From contig OY762007.1 in assembly GCA_963665115.1 (NCBI GenBank), positions 864,001 to 928,000 on the forward strand: a stretch of 64,000 bases of DNA. Direction: 5' to 3'. Under the pieces are notes generated by a model. That model did no database searches. It saw only the letters and a list, made by a program, of their open reading frames with translations, and was not told where the DNA came from. Below are positions 35,127-45,659 of the stretch, in pieces (position 1 is the first letter of the stretch; every line of letters begins with the position of its first letter). The DNA comes from an uncultured Rivularia sp. Its GTDB lineage: Bacteria; Cyanobacteriota; Cyanobacteriia; Cyanobacteriales; Nostocaceae. The position numbers were made by a program, and so were the translations under genes.

Positions 35127-35641
35127 TAATTTCACTGAACTAATATTATTCTACAGTGCATCTACCTAAAATTCAACATTACTTTGCAAGTGCGTTAACA
35201 AAGTTTAACGCTCAATTTCTATATTCAGGATTTTGTCATTGATTACTTTTATAATTTTTCAGAGTTATCCTACATAAAAATGAAATTAATTCCAAACATT
35301 GGCGTTTGATTAGATACATTTAAAATAACTAATTACTTCTGCAAAACATAGATTATAAACTATTGATACTTAATAGAATGTTCGTTTAATTACTTGTAAA
35401 TAAAAATCGGCAAACTTTACAATCGGTATTCACTTGAACCAGAAACCAGGTTTCATACCAGCGATTTAATTCTCACAATGCTTACAAATATCAGATATTT
35501 GAGAGTGAAATGCTCAACCTTGTATTAACAACCCTTATACCTATTGCCTAATTCCCCATTGCTAATACCCCATTCCCATTTAAAATAGTCTTTGCGTGTT
35601 TATTTAATCGCTATTTTTAATCGGATAATCAAATATATTCC

Positions 35642-38081
35642 ATGCGTATATCTTTAAATTGGTTGCAGGAACTTGTAGAGTTAAAATTAAGTCCGGAAGA
35701 CCTAGCAGAAACACTGACGATGGCGGGGTTTGAAGTCGAAGAGATTGAAGACCGTCGCACTTGGGCTGATGGGGTTGTAATCGGGAAAGTGAAAAGCCGC
35801 GAACAGCACCCGAATGCTGATAAATTAAGCATTTGTCAGGTTGATGTAGGCAAAGGTGAAAATTTAAATATTGTCTGCGGCGCTGCTAATGTTCGTGCAG
35901 ATATATATGTGCCAGTTGCAACCGTAGGTACTTACTTACCAAACAAAGATTTGAAAATTAAACCTGCTAAACTACGCGGGGTACCTTCCCAAGGAATGAT
36001 TTGTTCTTTGCAAGAATTGGGTTTACCTACCGATGTAGATGGAATTCATATTTTTTCTGGGGAAAGCATCCAAATAGGTGATGATGTTCGTCCGCTATTG
36101 GGTTTGGACGATGTGATTTTAGATGTTACCGCTACTGCAAATCGCGCCGATGCTTTGAGTATGGTAGGGATAGCGCGGGAAGTCGCGGCGATAACTGGGG
36201 GTGAACTGAAAATTGCTCAGCCAGAAGAAATATCGGTTCCTCAAGGTGCGGGAAATTTAAGTATAGAAGTTGATGAGACTAAAGCTTGTCCGGCATACAT
36301 TGGAACGGCGATCGCACAAGTTAAAATTGCTCCATCTCCCGACTGGTTGCAGCAACGGTTATTAGCTGCGGGAGTTCGACCAATCAGCAATATAGTTGAT
36401 ATTACTAACTATGTCATGTTGGAATGGGGACAACCGTTACACGCATTTGACCGCACGCGACTGCAAAGTATTGCTGGTAGTGAGGATATTAGTATTGGAG
36501 TGAGGTTTGCGAGTAACGGTGAATCGTTTAAAACACTGGATGGAAAAAACCGCAACTTATCAACTCAGAATTTATTGATTACCGTTAACAATAAACCCGT
36601 GGCTTTAGCGGGAGTCATGGGTGGAGAGGAAAGCGAAGTTCATGACGGCACCGAAAACTTAGTTTTAGAAGCAGCTTTGTTTGACAATGCTGTGATTCGT
36701 CGTTCATCTCGCAGCGTTGGTTTGAGAAGCGAATCCTCTACCAGATACGAACGAGGAGTAAATCACGCCGAGTTGGAAATCGCTTGTCGTCGTGCAATAT
36801 CATTGATAGTAGAAATTGCTGGAGGTACTTTAGCAACTCAAGAGACTTCCGATACCCGCCCCGATGCTTCAGCTTGGACTCGTTCGATTGAATTGCGTTT
36901 GGATCGAGTTAATCAGATACTTGGGCCTGTAGACTTAGGGGAAGAAGAAACCGGAGAAATAAAAGGGGGAGATGTTGAGCGGATTTTAACTGCTTTGGGA
37001 TGTCGGTTAACTGTTTCTGGTGATGGAACATGGGCTGTTAACGTACCTGCATATCGCTACCGTGACTTAGAGCGAGAAATTGATTTAATCGAAGAAATCG
37101 CGCGTTTGTACGGTTACGATAACCTTTGCGATACTTTACCGGAAAAGCCAGAAGTTGGTTATTTACCAACAGATCAAGAATTAATTCGCAAACTACGAGC
37201 CGCATTCCGCGCAACCGGATTAACCGAATTAATGCACTACTCCTTGGTAAAACCGGGAGAAGAGAGACAGGTGGTTTTAAGTAACCCATTGTTTGCAGAA
37301 TATTCAGCATTGCGAACCGATTTGATATCCGGTTTAATTGCTGCATTTCAATACAACATCGAACAAGGAAACGGTGCGCTTAACGGTTTTGAAATCGGAC
37401 GAATTTTCTGGGAAGAAGAAGAAGGTTTTCAAGAAGCAGAAACCGTAGGAGGAATCATCGGAGGTGATATTACTTCCAGCAAGTGGATGAGCGGAGGTAG
37501 TCAAAAATCCATGAGTTGGTTTGAAGCCAAAGGTGTTTTAGAAAGCGTCTTTAAAGTCATGGGATTGCAGGTAGAATATCAGCCAGATAGACGTGACGAT
37601 CGCCTACATCCAGGGCGTACTGCTTCGCTGTGGGTGGGAGGAAACAGCTTAGGGGTATTCGGACAAGTACATCCCCAAATTCGCAGCGAAAAAGATTTAC
37701 CCGATGATATTTATGTATTTCAACTGAGCTTAGAAGTACTTTTAGATGCGATTGACGAAGACGATGTATTGACACCCAAATTCAAAACATTCTCTACCTA
37801 TCCGCCATCCGATCGAGATATAGCCTTCTTCGCACCCGTTAACTTAACAGTCGCCGACATCGAAAAAGCGATTACGAAAGCCGGTAAAAGTTTATTAGAT
37901 TCCGTCGAGTTATTTGACGAATATCAGGGCAAAAACGTACCCGAAGGACAAAGAAGCTTAGCATTTCGGTTAATTTATCGTTTAGGCGATCGCACTCTTA
38001 CCGATGCAGATGTCGAACCAGTTTCACCAAAAAGTTCGAGATACTTTGGTGGAAAAATTTGGGGTAAGTCTCAGGAGTTAA
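35642..38081 (+). CDS. pheT: Phenylalanine--tRNA ligase beta subunit; +1 frameshift at 38022-38024
   Basis: [23 protein letters not shown] and [10 protein letters not shown]. The corrected end is [21 protein letters not shown] (TAA 38079-38081). Confidence 0.95.
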
Positions 38082-38163
38082 TCAATTATCAATTATCAAT
38101 TATCAATGACCTAAATGATTGATAATTGATAATTGTTCATTGTTCACTGATAATTGAAAAATC

Positions 38164-38433
38164 ATGACTAAATACATAATGTGGGGCAGCTACTGCGAAA
38201 ACGTTTTGGAAAAACGCGCACCATTTCGCCAAGAGCATTTGGATGGATTAAAAAAGCAGAAAGAAGATGGTGTTTTAGTTACATTAGGTCCTACAAAGGA
38301 TAATACTAAAGTTTTTGGAATTTACGAAGCAGATGATGAAGCTGCGGTGCGTAAGTTAGTTGAAAATGATGCTTATTGGAAAAATGGGATTTGGACTGAA
38401 TATTTTGTCAAAGAATGGGTGCAGGCTTTTTAA
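38164..38433 (+). CDS. YciI family protein
   Basis: KRAPFRQEHL, LGPT and LVENDAYWKNGIW motifs. Confidence 0.85.
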   Translation: MTKYIMWGSYCENVLEKRAPFRQEHLDGLKKQKEDGVLVTLGPTKDNTKVFGIYEADDEAAVRKLVENDAYWKNGIWTEYFVKEWVQAF

Positions 38434-38512
38434 AAGGTTCGTAGTAGTGCTTCAGCGCCTCATGATTCAGGATTCGGAAGCGCTGAAGCGCAACTACGAT
38501 CCAAAAAATTCT

Positions 38513-41455
38513 TCACCCTTCCCCATTCCAAGCTCGATAAAAATCACCATAATTCATTTTTTCGGCACAATACCACAGCAGTTTATAACAGTGTCGATCT
38601 TCTTCTAAATTTACGTCGTTAAGTTCTTCTAAGAAACAATCTTTCAACGATGCAATTAATTTTGGCATCTGCTCGTTATCAATAATCTTCTTTAAATCTT
38701 CTGCGGCATTCTTTCTGTCGGAATCTTTTTGTGCTGATTTAAGTATGTTTATTAAAGTATCAAATGCAAGTTGATTTTGCGGTTGTAACTTCGCCAAACT
38801 AGAAGCCCTACGTCTTTTACTATCGTCGTTTTTCGCGGTTGCAATTCCTTCAACTAAAGCTGCAATTGCTTTTTCGTTATTTCTAGATTTATTCCTTGAT
38901 TTTCGCCGTGTTGGTTGATCGTTTCCCTTCGTCTTTTTCGATGCATTTACAGCAAGAGCAAGTTGATTTTCTGGAGCAAGAGTTAATAAATTTTCTGCTG
39001 CATATTGCTTTTGCTGTTTATTTGTTGATGAAGTAATAATTTTTTCTAAAGTTGAAATAGCAATTTGATTTTCAGGTTCGCACTTACCCAAGCTAAACGC
39101 TGCTTTTCTGCGAATGGATTCCTTTTTAGTTGATTGAATGATTTTAATTAAAGCTGTGATGGCGATAGGATTTCCCGCTTCAATTTTTCCTAAACTGTGT
39201 GCTGCTTGCAAGCGAAAGTTTTCATGATAAAAAGATGTAAGAATTTTTTCTAATGTCGAAATCGCTATTTTATTACCAGGATCGAAAAAATTTCCTAAAC
39301 TATAAGCCGCATTCCAGGTATCGAAATCGCTTTGACTCGATGCAATAAACTCTTCTAAAGCAGTAATAGCACAATTGCGATCGGTTTTTAACAAGCTAAC
39401 TCGCGCACCTTCCGCAATTGGCGAAGGATATCTCCACCATCTTTGCTGTGTGGAATGAAAACAACCGAAACGCCATTTTATTAACTGTTTTAAAATTGTT
39501 TCGCACAAAGAACAATCTGCAAATTCAGCGATTCCTTCCGCTGCTAAAAAATAAGCTTGATAGCTATAAAATCCACCGCAACCGTCTTTAAATTCGATTA
39601 AATACTTGATAAATTCCTCTTTGGTTGATTGCGGTACATCATCCCTACCAAACCAGAGTAGAATTACTTCGCGCCATTGGTACTCGAAGATTGGGGGATT
39701 GGAGAGGGGGAGAGGGGTAGAGGGGGGAGAGGGGGGAGAGGGGGGAGAATTTATGAAGAATTGCCAATCGTCGATCGCTAATGCTGCGAAATATTCTTGA
39801 AATGTTGGATGGTAAAAGGCGTATACTTTTTCACCTTGGGTTTCTGATATTCCTACTTGATTAAGCCAGCCGAGCTGAAGTGCTAATTGAAACAAGCCTT
39901 CATCGGGTGCGCCTAATACTTCGCATACAAAACGATGCCTGAGACGGAACTTGGTTTTTTCGTTGGTAATCGCCATTAGTGCAAGTTTGCCTAATGCTTG
40001 ATTTAACTGAGTTCTCTGGGTTGATGTGGTGGGAAATCTATCTTGTTTCCATTCGTAAATTGACTCCACAAATTTTTCGTAAAGCATGGCTTTAGTATTG
40101 GGAAATCCACCGCGTCTTAATCCCCAAATACCACACATCAAAGCTAATCGCAAAGGATTTTTGACGGCATCGCGAATCCTTCTGCGTGCGGGTTGTTCTA
40201 ATTCTGTCCGCAGATTTTCGCCTAATTCTGGATTCTCCTCAAACCAACAATTGATAAATTTCCCCATCAAATCTGAATTATTGGGATTACCATAAGTAAA
40301 ATTTAGGTTGCGAAAAGTATCAAAATCTGACAAAGCATTTTTTCCAGCATCCCAAACATTTAAACGGCAAGTAATAATCACAGATGCATCCGCTACCCAA
40401 CCTTTAAGATAATCGGCAATTTTACTTAAACCCAAGCTTGACTCAATCGCCATTTCATCCACAGCATCCAGCAGCAACCATACACGCCCTTGGTTAAATT
40501 GCTCGCAAAAATCATCTTCCATTTCTGGAGTAATACGACGCTTACGAGTAGCTGCTTTCAACCAATCTTCAATCAAGTAATCTTCTAAACTCTTTCCCTG
40601 TAAATCCGCAAGAGAAATCCAAATCGGTAAATATTCGGTATTATCCGCCAACCAGGTGGCAATTTTTTGTAAAAGCGTAGTTTTCCCTGCACCAGGTTCA
40701 CCTAAAATAGCGATGCGACTATTTTCTTTTGATTGCAACTGCTGTAGGAACTTATCCAACGTCAAAGTTTCACTAACATCACCCTCCTCCGACTCGTATA
40801 ATTGCGAACCTTTTCCCGGATGAACATCACCACCACGTCTTTCACGGCGTGAGCGCTTCACCAAACCCAGGGGAACGTAAACTTCATCTAACGCAAAAGT
40901 TACACCATCCGCACTTGTGAGAGGATTCGTAGTTAATCGTCGGTGATTATCCCTCTCCAAACTTTGACGACAAATTTCCATCCAGTTTAGGGAGGGGGTA
41001 GAAGAAAAATTCTCCTTGTCTCCTTGTCCCCTTGTCCCCTTTTCCTCTTTCCTCAACTCCCATTCTCGATCAAAATTTTCTAAATTAGCTTCCGTTTCCC
41101 AGCGAGAGTGCCAAAGATTTAAGGTAAAATGCCAATTTTCCGAACCCCCACGAGTTGCGCGATTATCTTCGAGAATTTCGAGAAAATCTGTAAACCGCTT
41201 AAGTGCTTCTTTAACTTGTTCGGCTTTCAACGGAGCTTCATTACCTTGCAAACCCGTTAATTCTTGCAAAAACCGAACCTTAGTTCTGATAACCAACCGT
41301 TTTTCTGTTAACCAGCGAACTTGAATATGGGAACGTATTGCATCAACTACAGCTTCGTTGCATACATCAAACTCATCGTTAGCATAAGCCAAAAGTGCAA
41401 ACAGCAAACATTTCGCTCGTTTCTGAACTTGTAAACCATAGCTAACTCTTGCCAT
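38513..41455 (-). CDS. NACHT (STAND) NTPase with C-terminal HEAT/PBS-lyase repeats
   Basis: Walker A GEPGAGKT, Walker B LLLDAVDE, ITCR, NPLRL and FYHPTFQEYFAA; HEAT repeats (AAYSLG, AAHSLGKI, AAFSLGK). Likely start MARVSYG at 41455. Confidence 0.88.
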   Translation of the reverse strand: MARVSYGLQVQKRAKCLLFALLAYANDEFDVCNEAVVDAIRSHIQVRWLTEKRLVIRTKVRFLQELTGLQGNEAPLKAEQVKEALKRFTDFLEILEDNRATRGGSENWHFTLNLWHSRWETEANLENFDREWELRKEEKGTRGQGDKENFSSTPSLNWMEICRQSLERDNHRRLTTNPLTSADGVTFALDEVYVPLGLVKRSRRERRGGDVHPGKGSQLYESEEGDVSETLTLDKFLQQLQSKENSRIAILGEPGAGKTTLLQKIATWLADNTEYLPIWISLADLQGKSLEDYLIEDWLKAATRKRRITPEMEDDFCEQFNQGRVWLLLDAVDEMAIESSLGLSKIADYLKGWVADASVIITCRLNVWDAGKNALSDFDTFRNLNFTYGNPNNSDLMGKFINCWFEENPELGENLRTELEQPARRRIRDAVKNPLRLALMCGIWGLRRGGFPNTKAMLYEKFVESIYEWKQDRFPTTSTQRTQLNQALGKLALMAITNEKTKFRLRHRFVCEVLGAPDEGLFQLALQLGWLNQVGISETQGEKVYAFYHPTFQEYFAALAIDDWQFFINSPPSPPSPPSTPLPLSNPPIFEYQWREVILLWFGRDDVPQSTKEEFIKYLIEFKDGCGGFYSYQAYFLAAEGIAEFADCSLCETILKQLIKWRFGCFHSTQQRWWRYPSPIAEGARVSLLKTDRNCAITALEEFIASSQSDFDTWNAAYSLGNFFDPGNKIAISTLEKILTSFYHENFRLQAAHSLGKIEAGNPIAITALIKIIQSTKKESIRRKAAFSLGKCEPENQIAISTLEKIITSSTNKQQKQYAAENLLTLAPENQLALAVNASKKTKGNDQPTRRKSRNKSRNNEKAIAALVEGIATAKNDDSKRRRASSLAKLQPQNQLAFDTLINILKSAQKDSDRKNAAEDLKKIIDNEQMPKLIASLKDCFLEELNDVNLEEDRHCYKLLWYCAEKMNYGDFYRAWNGEG

Positions 41456-41586
41456 AACAGTTATCAATCAACAATTATCAATTATCAGTTATCAATAACA
41501 ACTAATAACTAAATACTAACTCCTAACTCTCTTTAACTTCTTTCCTCCGCGCTCTTCGCGCTCTAGTAAGGTTTATTCCTAACTGC

Positions 41587-44049
41587 TCACTGTTCACTGT
41601 TCAATACTTCCTTAACCACATCACTCATCGGATGTAATTTGTCTTCAAAATCCAATGATATTTCACATCTAGTCAACGGAAACGGTTCTAACATTTTGCC
41701 ATCTTCCCAACTTTCCAATCGCCACCAAAGAGTTTGAACAATTATTTCTTTACCATCTACTATTTCAAAAGTTATTTCACCAACGTTGTTTAAACCAACA
41801 ATTTCTGTACCGTGTCCTTTCTTGCTAAGATATTCACGATAGTTTTTCGCCATTGACAAGTATTTTTCTAAAGCTTGTTTGCGGTTTTCTCCCGGTAGTG
41901 GAGCAATGACAGAAGTCGCTTCTTGGTTTTCGATTTTTGGTTTTTCTAATCCTTCGTCTTGAGATGCAAGGAAATCAATTCGATACCACCATTCTGGTTT
42001 TTTAGTAATTTCTAATTTCCGAAACATATTTCTTTGTTTCACTAAATCAATTGTCCCTGGAATACCTTTAATTTTCAAAGGGGTGCGCTGAAATATATCT
42101 TCCACAAGAAGACTCATATTACCAATAACAACTTCTTTTTCTTGTTTATTTTCCCATCCCAATACTTCTGCCGTTGGTAAATCGCTATTTACTCGAATCG
42201 GAATAAAACCTTGTCTGTGTGCCGAATGACTTCCACCTATTCCCCCGACTTCATTTTTAATCGAACTACTAGTTAATTGAGCAATTACTAATTTCGAGTT
42301 AACGAATTCGGGACTTTCAAAAGGATGTGTTGCCGAATATTGCAAACGCGCACCAAAACCATAGTGAACATCCCCAGATAAAAATACTACACGACTTTGA
42401 GAATTAGGTAATGCTCGTAATGCTAATCTAGCAATCATTCTTTCAAAAGCCGTTTTATTTAATGCCCAAGCTTCCGTATCAAAACCCCAAGCCGCATTAC
42501 CGATTTTCTCGTAAAAAGTTTTGGCGATTTTTTGTAGGTTTTCTATATAAGGTACTCCGATAAAAGGACCTGGGGAAATCACAAAACTAACTTCAGTATC
42601 ATCTTTACGCAGTTGTTTTGTTATTTGTTCGTCGTAACCTTCCTTACTTATAAGCGCGGGAAAATCAAATTCCTTACCGGGGAATTCCCGCCAAGTGCGC
42701 GTATCAAGTACTATAACTTCATAACCGGGGCCATTAACTATATAGTGCCAATTTAACGCTACATCCGAATGAGGTAATTTTTGTGAATTTTGTTGAATAT
42801 CTGCAACGCTAGGCAAACCAACTCGTCGAGCAATCTGTTCCTCAAATATTTTATTTTCACCACCACCGATACTCCAAGCCACAGCAGCTTTGAGTAATTC
42901 TTCACCATTTGTACCTTTTTCAAACTGTTCTGGTGTATTACCCCAAGCCTGACAAATAGCACAAGCGAGCATACCATTTTGCAATATCCGTTTTCCCAAA
43001 GGCTTATCGAGAATGCGGGAACACCAAGCCATATTCAAATACCAATCGTCGGTAATTTCGTGGTCGTCGAATATCATGTAGGTAGGAATATTCGCCAAAG
43101 CACGTCTTACACTTTTGAGAGTTGACCAAAATTCCTTAATATATCCAATTTCTCGTTCGTAAGCTTTTCTTGGATCGTTTTTAGCTTCCCTATGTTCCGA
43201 ATTCACATCATTAAAATCGGGAAAAAATTCGGGTTCAACCCACAATACATTACTCCAAGCAAATAAATGCATCGCCAAATATTCCCCGAAGGTAAATAAA
43301 TGACTTTCCGCAAGATCGGTTAGGTTATTTAATTTACCAATACTTGCCGTTAAACCAGCCGTTTTAGTTGCTAAATTATTACGTTTTCCCGGCTTTAATT
43401 CTTCCAAATGTTCAACATCCGGTAATTTTTCCGACCATCCCAAAAGCGTTTCACTGGCATCCATCAACATAAAAAGTAATACATCAGCGACATCATCAGC
43501 ATAAATTTGGTCGCCAGTTAAAAACAGTTGGTGCGGTCGCTTTTTGGGTTCTATTTGTAACGCTTCTTCGATCATTTTGTCCACAGCAGCAAGCGCATCT
43601 AAGCTTTCACCGTGGGGTTTGCGGCAAGAACCATGAATAATGCGTAAATCTCTTAAATCGCTAGGAGGTAAAGCAAAAGAAGGCAATGTATATTGAGGAT
43701 AAGTAATATCTTGAAGCGAACCATCCGCAGTTAATATACCAGGACTGCTAAGTAATTCACCATTACCAAAATGTAAATCGTAGAGATAATTTTCACCACT
43801 AATAAGTATATTTGAGGAAGCCTTGGCAGTCACAGCAACAACGTGTAAATTGATGCCAATTCTTGCCGTAGTTCTAGTACTTTCAAATAAGAAATTATGG
43901 TTTTCATCAAATATGGTTAAAGTGACATGACGATTTGCTTTTAAAGCCACCCATACAGTTACAGAATCGGGTTCCGTGCGTCGTAAAATTGGTCCAGCAA
44001 GAACTAAAGGTAGTTCATTAATACGTTGTCTTAATGGTGTCCATCCCAT
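41587..44049 (-). CDS. PhoD-like metallophosphoesterase with no evident signal peptide
   Basis: HGSCRKPHG, LTGDQIYADD, MIFDDHEITDDW, LDTRT and LSGDVHY motifs. Confidence 0.8.
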   Translation of the reverse strand: MGWTPLRQRINELPLVLAGPILRRTEPDSVTVWVALKANRHVTLTIFDENHNFLFESTRTTARIGINLHVVAVTAKASSNILISGENYLYDLHFGNGELLSSPGILTADGSLQDITYPQYTLPSFALPPSDLRDLRIIHGSCRKPHGESLDALAAVDKMIEEALQIEPKKRPHQLFLTGDQIYADDVADVLLFMLMDASETLLGWSEKLPDVEHLEELKPGKRNNLATKTAGLTASIGKLNNLTDLAESHLFTFGEYLAMHLFAWSNVLWVEPEFFPDFNDVNSEHREAKNDPRKAYEREIGYIKEFWSTLKSVRRALANIPTYMIFDDHEITDDWYLNMAWCSRILDKPLGKRILQNGMLACAICQAWGNTPEQFEKGTNGEELLKAAVAWSIGGGENKIFEEQIARRVGLPSVADIQQNSQKLPHSDVALNWHYIVNGPGYEVIVLDTRTWREFPGKEFDFPALISKEGYDEQITKQLRKDDTEVSFVISPGPFIGVPYIENLQKIAKTFYEKIGNAAWGFDTEAWALNKTAFERMIARLALRALPNSQSRVVFLSGDVHYGFGARLQYSATHPFESPEFVNSKLVIAQLTSSSIKNEVGGIGGSHSAHRQGFIPIRVNSDLPTAEVLGWENKQEKEVVIGNMSLLVEDIFQRTPLKIKGIPGTIDLVKQRNMFRKLEITKKPEWWYRIDFLASQDEGLEKPKIENQEATSVIAPLPGENRKQALEKYLSMAKNYREYLSKKGHGTEIVGLNNVGEITFEIVDGKEIIVQTLWWRLESWEDGKMLEPFPLTRCEISLDFEDKLHPMSDVVKEVLNSEQ

Positions 44050-44173
44050 TTAACTTTTGCCCCATCTACAGCCTTCTTTTATTGTTATAACGGGTTTGGG
44101 TTAAGAAGGGATATTTGATTTGAATTTTTCGGCGATTATCTTTTGGGGGATAGAATTTTATATTAGGGAAAAA

Positions 44174-44227
44174 TACCTGGCGGTTAAAACCGCGTCTACA
44201 CAAACGAAACCCACCTGCGTGGGTTAA
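44174..44227. repeat. Two-hairpin REP-like repeat (TACCTGGCG...CTACAC...AAACCC.CCTGCG.GGGTTAA)
   Basis: Direct-orientation copies at 45321-45384 and 45399-45463; related inverted doublet at 46683-46802. Confidence 0.8.
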
Positions 44228-44247
44228 TTATTGGTAGGATTTAGATT

Positions 44248-44493
44248 ATGCATAAAATTACAATTATTTTAGAAGACGAAATTTTTCAATTTATAGATTC
44301 TCAAGCAAAAGGCGTTCAAGGCGCTAGCGTTGCGGGTAATCGCAGTGCCTACATAAATGCAGTTTTAGCAAAACATCGTCGCTGTAGTTTAGAATTACAA
44401 ATGATTACGGCTCTACAAAGGGATGCTCAAGACTGCGAATACCAAGCTGAAATTGCTGCTTGGGATAATGTTGTAGAAGATGGGATTGTTTAA
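44248..44493 (+). CDS. CopG/RHH MazE-like antitoxin (orphan)
   Basis: KITIILEDEI..NRSAYINAVL RHH-like N-terminus and acidic AEIAAWDNVVEDG C-terminus, typical of antitoxins that precede MazF/PemK. Confidence 0.7.
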   Translation: MHKITIILEDEIFQFIDSQAKGVQGASVAGNRSAYINAVLAKHRRCSLELQMITALQRDAQDCEYQAEIAAWDNVVEDGIV

Positions 44494-44506
44494 TATAGCC
44501 CACACT

Positions 44507-44640
44507 CTCGTCTTGAAATTAATTTCAAGGCTCATATACAAAGTACGTTGGAAACGCACTAAAAGCCTTACCCAGTCTGATTCATCAGACTTTGTTTTTA
44601 AGCCTGGGAATTTATTCCAAGGCGGTTGTGAAGGCTAATT
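44507..44640. repeat. Composite palindromic repeat element
   Basis: cttgaaattaatttcaag hairpin at the left; the right half matches 15924-15994. Confidence 0.7.
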
Positions 44641-44664
44641 TAACAAACCACAATAATTAAACCT

Positions 44665-45303
44665 ATGGCAATTCTCCAGAGCAAAAATTTATCAATAGGA
44701 GATATCCACCGTCTTTTCAACTATCAAAGACAATACAATGATTCATTCACATCATTATTATCTCTAGAGCCTTTAACCGAAGTTGAACGACAAGAAATAT
44801 TACAAATTCGCACGGATTTTGATAATTACATTATAGAAAGTAAAGTATTAGAAGGATTAGTAAAAGCGTTAACAGTCTTTCCATTAATGCGATTAGCTGG
44901 CTTTTATCGTTCTCCCATCAAAATTGCTTTAGAAGAAAATATTGCCGATATAGTTATTGAAGACGAAGATACAAAAGTTACAGGTAGACTGGATATTTTA
45001 GCTGTTAATAAAGCAAAGTTGAACTCAGCTAAATCATATTTTTGGGTTTTGGTAATTGAATCAAAGAACAGCGGTATTGATGTATTCGAGGGTTTACCGC
45101 AATTACTCTCTTATGCATATGACTGTTTAGAACATCAAAAATCAGTTTGGGGTTTGACTACTAACGGAAGGGAATATCAATTTGTGTATATTCAACAGGG
45201 AAATCCTCCGATATATCAGTTAATGCCATCATTAAATTTGATGGAATCTCAGCGAGCGGTTGAATTGTTGCAGGTTTTGAAAGCGATTTGTGAGTTGGGT
45301 TGA
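44665..45303 (+). CDS. Stand-alone HsdR N-terminal-like PD-(D/E)XK nuclease
   Basis: GRLDILAV..VLVIESK..GLPQLLSY..WGLTTNG signature. Confidence 0.75.
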   Translation: MAILQSKNLSIGDIHRLFNYQRQYNDSFTSLLSLEPLTEVERQEILQIRTDFDNYIIESKVLEGLVKALTVFPLMRLAGFYRSPIKIALEENIADIVIEDEDTKVTGRLDILAVNKAKLNSAKSYFWVLVIESKNSGIDVFEGLPQLLSYAYDCLEHQKSVWGLTTNGREYQFVYIQQGNPPIYQLMPSLNLMESQRAVELLQVLKAICELG

Positions 45304-45320
45304 GATTCTATTGTTTGTTT

Positions 45321-45528
45321 TACCTGGCGGTTGAAACCGCTGCTACACAAACGAAACCCGCCTGCGCGGGTTAATAAATCAGCGTAAGTTTTTGATTTTA
45401 CCTGGCGAATAGAATTCACGGCTACACAGGCAAAACCCACCTGCGTGGGTTAATAAATCAGCGGTGTAAAAACAAATATAAATAGGTTTACGTAAAGCCC
45501 CCCTTTGTAAGGGGGGTTGGGGGGATCT
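45321..45528. repeat. Two tandem REP-like units plus a CCCCCCTT..AAGGGGGGTTGGGGGGATC element
   Basis: Units at 45321 and 45399 (78-bp period); G/C hairpin at 45495-45528. Confidence 0.8.
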
Positions 45529-45659
45529 CCATGTTTAGAACACAATATTTACCATTGTCGCTGTGTAATTTCATCGCTACAACCTGGGAAGAATAATAAG
45601 AGAAATTCTCACAACCACAAAAGTCAAAGTTGTTATTTTGGCTCGCTTTTATAAAACCA

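Noticed and set aside
44665..45303. A type I restriction-modification system
   Set aside because: Only a short nuclease-like domain is present, with no helicase, hsdM or hsdS in the window.
45321..45463. Two repeats with a 78-bp period as a mini-CRISPR
   Set aside because: The units are about 64 bp with only a 14-bp gap, are diverged, and belong to a dispersed REP-like family (also at 44174).
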